A stretch of DNA of 64,000 bases from Candidatus Aenigmatarchaeota archaeon (GTDB lineage Archaea; Aenigmatarchaeota; Aenigmatarchaeia; QMZP01; QMZT01), in the NCBI GenBank assembly GCA_026397315.1, contig JAPLVC010000002.1:1-64000 (forward strand). The letters are read 5' to 3'. Numbering within the stretch: the stretch's first letter is position 1; the number at the start of each line of letters is the position of its first letter. Shown here in pieces: positions 58,622-64,000 of this stretch. A model generated the notes under the pieces. The model searched no databases. It was not told the DNA's origin and saw only the letters and a program-made list of their open reading frames with translations. The translations under genes and the position numbers were made by a program.

Positions 58622-59671
58622 TTAGAATATAGGGATATCCTTGGACAGGACTTCTGTCCTCTTCTTCTTTATTAAAATCACGTCTTCAAGCCTTACGCCT
58701 CCGATACCTTTTATGTAAACGCCCGGCTCTATGGTCATTACAGTGTTTTCCGCGAGCGTCTCGCCCTGCGGCTCGTGGACGGAAAGTCCCAGCCCGTGGC
58801 CGAGGCCGTGCAATACCGTGTAGCTTTTTTTCGCGTAAAGTTTTTTCTGGAGATCTTCCAGCTCGCTGTAAGTCACGCCCGCGCGTGCGGCGTATATGAG
58901 TTCGTCGTGTATCTGCTTGACGTCTTCGTATATCTTCTTCTGGACTGGGCCGAGTCTCGTGAAAAACATGCGCGTTATGTCTGAGCAATAGCAGTCGACG
59001 ATACATCCCGTGTCTATGAGGACCGGGGCTTTCGCTTTCGCGAGCGTCTCGCCTGGCTTGTGGTGGACGAACGCAGCCTGTTTGCCTGCGCAGACGATGG
59101 ACTCAAACGACTCGCTAGCACCGCGCTTCCTGTATTCTATCTCTATCGCGTCCGCGATCTGCTTTTCGCTGTTGCCCCATAGAAAGCCGCCGACGTTTTG
59201 TAAGACGTCTCCCGTCAGCCTTATCGCCTCTTTAATCTGCGCTATTTCAAACTCGTCCTTCTGGATGCGCGGGATTTCCATTATCTTGCCGGCGGGCTCC
59301 AGCCTGGCCTTCAGTTTTTTCTTCATGGCCCTGAAAAGCAGGAGGCTTAGCGTCCGCTCGTCGTAGCCCATGCGCTTGAATCCGCCGAGCTGGCGGATGA
59401 AGTCGTCCTTGTCCCGGATGTATGTTATGTCAGGATATTTTGAGGCGGCATCGTTCTCAAGCGGCGAAACGAAAAGCTTCGGCCTGCCGCTGTCCTGGAA
59501 AAGCATGAAGATCCTGTCGTCCTTCAGGCCGGCATACCCAGTGTAATAGAACACGTCGTGCGGGTCGGAGGTTATTACCGCGTTCAGGCCGCTTTTCTGG
59601 ACTAACGCTTTCAGTCGCCTTTGCCTCGCCGCGAAGTCTGGCTTCATATAATATTCTTGGTCCAAGCCCAC
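58622..59671 (-). CDS. Xaa-Pro dipeptidase (M24B)
   Basis: R.QKD..EI, ID.G....YCSDITR, HGLGHGLGL.VHE, TIEPGVY, GVRLED. Confidence 0.92.
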   Translation of the reverse strand: MGLDQEYYMKPDFAARQRRLKALVQKSGLNAVITSDPHDVFYYTGYAGLKDDRIFMLFQDSGRPKLFVSPLENDAASKYPDITYIRDKDDFIRQLGGFKRMGYDERTLSLLLFRAMKKKLKARLEPAGKIMEIPRIQKDEFEIAQIKEAIRLTGDVLQNVGGFLWGNSEKQIADAIEIEYRKRGASESFESIVCAGKQAAFVHHKPGETLAKAKAPVLIDTGCIVDCYCSDITRMFFTRLGPVQKKIYEDVKQIHDELIYAARAGVTYSELEDLQKKLYAKKSYTVLHGLGHGLGLSVHEPQGETLAENTVMTIEPGVYIKGIGGVRLEDVILIKKKRTEVLSKDIPIF

Positions 59672-59745
59672 TAAAAAAGCATAGCGGATGCATAAAGCTT
59701 AAATTACATTAATTGAAGATATTATAATCCTTAACGTGGTGCCTC

Positions 59746-60570
59746 ATGAATTACAGCGTTCCTGATATGAAAAAGCTCGCTACCGAGATAAGAAAGGACA
59801 TAATCAGGATGACGTGCGAAGCCGGTAGCGGACACCCTGGCGGCTCTCTTTCTTCCGTGGAAATAATGGTTTCCCTTTACTTCAATGTCATGAAGCACGA
59901 CCCGAAAAACCAGGCTTGGGACGACCGTGACCGCTTCGTGCTTTCGAAAGGGCATGTCTGCCCTGTTCTTTACGCTTCTCTCGCCAGACGAGGATACTTC
60001 CCGCCGGAAGAGTTGATGACTCTCAGGAAGTTCGGCTCGCGGCTGCAAGGGCATCCGCACAGGCTCAAGCTTAGCTGCCTCGAGACTTCTTCAGGTTCGC
60101 TGGGCCAGGGCCTTTCCATCGCAAGCGGGATGGCAATCGGCCTGCGCATGGACAAGAAAAGCCCGCGCGTCTACTGCCTGATGGGCGACGGCGAGTTGCA
60201 GGAAGGCCAGGTGTGGGAAGCCGCGATGACCGGCGCTCACTACAAGCTGGACAACCTCTGCGGCATCGTCGATGTCAATGGCCTGCAGATAGACGGCAGG
60301 ACCAGCGACGTGAAGAACCTGGAGCCGCTCGCGGACAAGTGGAAGGCGTTCGGCTGGCATACTATCGAAGTGGATGGTCACAACGTCGAGGCGCTTATCA
60401 GCGCGTTCCGCGAGGCTGAGCGGACGAAGGGAAAGCCCACGGTCATACTTGCAAAGACAGTCAAAGGCAAGGGCGTCTCCTTCATGGAAAACAAAGCCGA
60501 ATGGCACGGCAAGCCGCCCAGCAAAGAAGAAGCCGCGAAAGCACTGAAAGAACTTGGAGAGACATGCTGA
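59746..60570 (+). CDS. Transketolase N-terminal subunit
   Basis: SGHPGGSLS, RDRFVLSKGH, LQGHP, GSLGQG, GDGE..EGQ.WEA. Confidence 0.95.
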   Translation: MNYSVPDMKKLATEIRKDIIRMTCEAGSGHPGGSLSSVEIMVSLYFNVMKHDPKNQAWDDRDRFVLSKGHVCPVLYASLARRGYFPPEELMTLRKFGSRLQGHPHRLKLSCLETSSGSLGQGLSIASGMAIGLRMDKKSPRVYCLMGDGELQEGQVWEAAMTGAHYKLDNLCGIVDVNGLQIDGRTSDVKNLEPLADKWKAFGWHTIEVDGHNVEALISAFREAERTKGKPTVILAKTVKGKGVSFMENKAEWHGKPPSKEEAAKALKELGETC

Positions 60571-60581
60571 AGTGATGTTTT

Positions 60582-61586
60582 ATGACAGAAAAAAAATCCG
60601 GATTGAACGAGACGCTGCACCTAGCTCCTAATATTTACGATAAGGTCGAGAAGATACCCACGAGGAACGGCTTCGGCCACGGACTAGTCGAACTGGGCCA
60701 CGCGAACAAGAACGTCGTCGCCCTTTGCGCCGACCTTTCCGATTCGACGCGCGCGCTCTGGTTTGCCGAGAAATTTCCCGACAGGTTCATAGAAGTCGGC
60801 ATTTCGGAGCAGGACATGATGGGCATCGCTGCGGGTCTCGCCGCCGTAGGCAAAATACCATTCCTAAGCACATACGGCGTCTTTTCGACAGGACGCGCGT
60901 GGGACCAGATGAGGACGACGGTCGCATACGGCGATTTCAATGTAAAAATCGCGAGTGCGCACGGCGGCATCTCGGTAGGCGCGGACGGCGCGACGCACCA
61001 GTCTCTGGAGGAGATCGCTTTGTCCCGCGTGCTGCCCAACATGAAAGTCATAGTGCCCGCGGACTACTGGGAGTCGAAGAAGGCGACTATCGCTTCCGCC
61101 TCGATTCATGGCCCCATAGTCATACGCTTCGGCCGCGAAAAAGTGCCGGTCATAACTACGGAGAAGACGCCGTTCGTTTTCGGGAAAGCCGAAACGTTCA
61201 GGTTCGGGAACGACGTCACAGTCTTCGCGTGCGGCCCGATGGTTTACGAGGCGCTCATTGCCGCGAAGGAACTTGAAAAGAAAGGCATTGACGTGCGCGT
61301 GGTCAACATGCACACGGTCAAGCCGCTCGACGAGAAGGCGATAATAGACGCGGCGAAAGAGACGGGCGCGATAGTCACGGCCGAAGAGCACCAGGTCAAC
61401 GCGGGCTTCGGCTCTGCAATCGCGGAAGTCGTGGTCGAGCACTATCCGGTGCCCATGAAACGCGTAGGTGTGATAGACCGCTTCGGCGAGTCGGGCGAGC
61501 CGGACCAGCTCATGGTGGAATTCAATCTCAAGAGCACGGACATAATAAAGGCGATAGAGGACGTGCTCAGCCGCAAGAAAAAATAA
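60582..61586 (+). CDS. Transketolase C-terminal subunit
   Basis: ADLS.ST, GISEQ, G.DGATHQ, VKPLD, EEH....G.GS. Confidence 0.95.
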   Translation: MTEKKSGLNETLHLAPNIYDKVEKIPTRNGFGHGLVELGHANKNVVALCADLSDSTRALWFAEKFPDRFIEVGISEQDMMGIAAGLAAVGKIPFLSTYGVFSTGRAWDQMRTTVAYGDFNVKIASAHGGISVGADGATHQSLEEIALSRVLPNMKVIVPADYWESKKATIASASIHGPIVIRFGREKVPVITTEKTPFVFGKAETFRFGNDVTVFACGPMVYEALIAAKELEKKGIDVRVVNMHTVKPLDEKAIIDAAKETGAIVTAEEHQVNAGFGSAIAEVVVEHYPVPMKRVGVIDRFGESGEPDQLMVEFNLKSTDIIKAIEDVLSRKKK

Positions 61587-61623
61587 TCTTTTCGTGGATG
61601 CAACATGATTAAAAGGGATTCTT

Positions 61624-62874
61624 ATGGGCACTAATGCGAGAATAGCTGAAAGGATGTCGAGGCTTGGAACCGAAACGGCGTTTTCCGTTTCTCTCGAAGC
61701 ACGGGAGTTTGCGTGCAAGGGCAAAAAAATCTATCCTTTTCATCTCGGCGACATGAACATCAGGACACCCAAGAAGATTATTGATGCGGCTAGGAAAGCT
61801 ATGGAAGACGGCAAAACAGGCTACTGCCCCAGTGCAGGCATCCCAGAACTCAGGGAGGCGCTGGCCAAAGACATGAGCAGCTCGCGCGGCATAAAGCTCA
61901 CGGCGAAAAACGTATCGATACAGATGGGCGGCAAGCCAGTAATAATGAAGTTCGTCATGGCTTTCATGAATCCGGGGGACGAGGTGCTGTACCCGAATCC
62001 CGGATACCCGATTTACGAGTCGCAGATCCGCTTCCACGGAGGTATAGTGAAACCTTACGGTTTCAAGATGATTGACAAGGGCTTCAGCTTGGACATGGAA
62101 CAGCTCGAGACGCTTGTCACACCGAAGACCAAACTGTTCATATTCAACAACTATCACAACCCTATGGGCGCGGAATCCGACCCGTTGGAGATGAAGAGAA
62201 TCGCCGATTTCTGCAAAAGGCACGACCTGCTCGTGCTGAGCGACGAGGCGTATTTCGACATCACATACGACGGCAAGCCCAAGAGCATAGTTTCCTACCC
62301 AGGCATGGCCGAGCGCACGCTGATACTTTACACGTTCTCCAAGAAGTTCGCCATGACGGGCTGGCGGCTTGGGGCGGCTGTAGGGCCGGAATGGATGATA
62401 GAGCAGATTAACCGCCTGAACGTGAATGACGAGTCGTGTTCGAACCACTTCATCCAGTGGGCCGCTGTCGAGGCGCTCAAAAACACGCAGAAGGAAACGC
62501 AACAGATACTCGACACACTGAAAAAACGCAGGGACCTTGCGTGCAAGATGCTCAGCACCATAAAGGGCATCAGAGTTTTCAAGCCCAACTCGACTTTCTA
62601 CATCTTCCCGGACGTGACCGAGGCGATGCGCAACCTGGGTTTCAACGACGTCGAAAAGTTCAGGAGGTTCATACTGGAGACGACGGGCGTATCCTTCTGC
62701 ACGCGACGCCATTTCGGGACGCCGCTGGATGACGAGAAGCACGAGTTCATCCGCCTCGCTTATTCCGGCATCGACCTGAAGGACATCAGGGAAGGCCTGG
62801 CGAAGATGAAAAGCGCGATTGAGAACCCGGAAATTTCAAAAAGATGGGTTTCCGAAAAAAGCACAAAGCCTTGA
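61624..62874 (+). CDS. Class I/II PLP aminotransferase (aspartate aminotransferase-like)
   Basis: GIPELREA, NPGDEV, HNP.G, SDEAY, FSKKFAMTGWRLG. Confidence 0.92.
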   Translation: MGTNARIAERMSRLGTETAFSVSLEAREFACKGKKIYPFHLGDMNIRTPKKIIDAARKAMEDGKTGYCPSAGIPELREALAKDMSSSRGIKLTAKNVSIQMGGKPVIMKFVMAFMNPGDEVLYPNPGYPIYESQIRFHGGIVKPYGFKMIDKGFSLDMEQLETLVTPKTKLFIFNNYHNPMGAESDPLEMKRIADFCKRHDLLVLSDEAYFDITYDGKPKSIVSYPGMAERTLILYTFSKKFAMTGWRLGAAVGPEWMIEQINRLNVNDESCSNHFIQWAAVEALKNTQKETQQILDTLKKRRDLACKMLSTIKGIRVFKPNSTFYIFPDVTEAMRNLGFNDVEKFRRFILETTGVSFCTRRHFGTPLDDEKHEFIRLAYSGIDLKDIREGLAKMKSAIENPEISKRWVSEKSTKP

Positions 62875-63062
62875 ACTGGGCATGAAAGCAATGGAGAACA
62901 ACAAGATCCCTTAAATCCGATTTTTAATTCATGATCGAAGAATCAATTATTACCCCATTTTTTTTGTAAAATCTAAAATAAATACAAATAGATAGCGTAG
63001 ATGTTTTACTTGGTCCATTTTTTTATAGGCGGTTATGCCAGTATCAACATTCCCAAGAAGTA

Positions 63063-63299
63063 ATGAAATTCGATATAAATAAATATGGTGAAAATATCGT
63101 AAAGAAAAAATTCGAGATGGAAATAGAAATCCCTAACAATTCGGAAGCCGAGTTCAACCAGATAATGGAATGGGTCAGGGACAAGAGCCACAACGACAGG
63201 TGGAAGTTCGTGAAGAGAGCCTCGGCCAACAACGATTTCCTGATGTGGAAGCTGAAGAAGAAGATGGCTGCGATCAAACCCGGCTTGGCAAAAATCTGA
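63063..63299 (+). CDS. Hypothetical protein
   Basis: 78 aa ORF with host-like codon usage in its 3' half. Confidence 0.45.
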   Translation: MKFDINKYGENIVKKKFEMEIEIPNNSEAEFNQIMEWVRDKSHNDRWKFVKRASANNDFLMWKLKKKMAAIKPGLAKI

Positions 63300-63389
63300 A
63301 CCCGGCCCATGCTTTTTATTTTACTATTATCTCTAGCGTAGCCTTTTGACCAAAGCTTCGCCAATCATTTTAGCGTGCAAAAAAACCAA

Positions 63390-63549
63390 TGGGGCCGCTG
63401 GGATTCTCAAAGCCATTTTCCGCAAACGCTTTTGCGCGAGGCGGAAAAGGGTTTATTTGAACCCAGGTCGCCAGCACCCCAAGCTGGAATGATCATGGCG
63501 TCAAGCTCAAAAGCTCGAGGATGACTAGACCAAGCTACACTACGGCCCC
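63390..63549 (-). tRNA. tRNA-Pro(GGG) with two non-canonical introns: D-loop 33 nt (63494-63526) and T-loop 59/60 52 nt (63404-63455)
   Basis: GGGGCCG/CGGCCCC-A; CCAGC TT GGG GT GCTGG; BHB helices TGGT/GCCA and TTCA/TGAG; 75 nt after splicing. Confidence 0.9.
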
Positions 63550-63667
63550 ACGGATTGTATCTTATTATAGGGCATGAATATATTAATTATAGAGGCCGGG
63601 CAACCGGAAAAGAAAGAAGCCCCGCTGGAAAGCGGTAAAAAGTATTTAAGCGGTTCGTGGCAATACA

Positions 63668-63832
63668 ATGTCTCATATAAAAATCGCACTTAAACCGAGT
63701 GATATGATGAAAAACCTGGACATGATAGATATCAGGAAAACGGAAAATACGGGCAGAATAATAAGGATGCCCGAAAGCACGAGAAAGAAAGTCAAGGCCT
63801 TCCTCAACGAGGGCCACCAGTTAAGCTTTTAA
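63668..63832 (+). CDS. Possible small protein (54 aa)
   Basis: MSHIKIALKPSDMMKNL...; TATTTAAG about 25 nt upstream (leaderless arrangement). Confidence 0.35.
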   Translation: MSHIKIALKPSDMMKNLDMIDIRKTENTGRIIRMPESTRKKVKAFLNEGHQLSF

Positions 63833-63881
63833 AGCAATTACGCGATAAATAAAGACAAACCAGCGTTTAGGGGTTTTTGAT

Positions 63882-64000
63882 ATGATAATACCGATAAGAT
63901 GCATGACTTGCGGCAAGCCAGTCGGGCACCTCTGGGAGAAATACCAGAAGGCCGTCGAGGGCGGCGCTTCGCCGAAGAGTGTTCTGGATTCGCTTGGGCT
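63882..64000 (+). CDS. rpoN: DNA-directed RNA polymerase subunit N (Rpo10), truncated by window end
   Basis: MIIPIRCMTCGKPVGHLWEKY...VLDSLG. Confidence 0.95.
   Translation, partial: MIIPIRCMTCGKPVGHLWEKYQKAVEGGASPKSVLDSLG

Noticed and set aside
7534-62742. Long antisense or alternate-frame ORFs (e.g. 7534-8436, 17448-18404, 40559-41476, 43067-44161, 61609-62742)
   Set aside because: They are shadows of high-GC3 genes with no recognisable motifs.
55652-63549. Integrated provirus or plasmid at the tRNA genes
   Set aside because: No duplicated tRNA 3' end (att site) or integrase was seen, and the flanking genes are mostly housekeeping.
1-64000. Genome-wide UGA reassignment
   Set aside because: Many conserved genes (nrdR, cobA, endA, mcm, tdh) end with TGA at their expected C-termini and have no internal TGA.

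Overview
This is an archaeal chromosome segment, shown by MCM, Rpo10/RpoN, tRNA-splicing endonuclease, Taw1/Trm5, TATA-type promoters and BHB-type tRNA introns. The gene mix suggests a DPANN-type organism (Aenigmarchaeota/Micrarchaeota-like; inference only). In order, the window holds: an IS5-like transposase end; two compositionally mosaic surface-protein genes; an nrdR-nrdJ-cobA(btuR)-dcd-ECF S component-DUF4430 cluster; a copper/redox/Fe-S cluster with CopA, DsbA-like, SufS and a degenerate IscS; an AT-rich HNH gene; ion transporters; wyosine enzymes; an epsilon2-type EndA; MCM; amino-acid catabolism genes (lat, tdh, kbl, iorAB, aminotransferase, Xaa-Pro peptidase); transketolase; four tRNAs (three intron-containing); and a stand-alone LAGLIDADG gene. 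Main highlights: (1) tRNA-Val and tRNA-Pro carry near-identical introns at different non-canonical positions, in a window that also encodes a broad-specificity epsilon2 EndA and has intron-like intergenic hairpins. (2) Tandem bacterial-type NrdR boxes 31 bp apart lie over an archaeal TATA promoter, ahead of an apparent B12-scavenging dNTP module. (3) An IscS paralogue has lost its PLP-anchoring residues. (4) In-frame UGA codons fall at Cys positions in the tails of two copper-operon genes (speculative). All protein calls are motif recognition by eye; no database searches were run.
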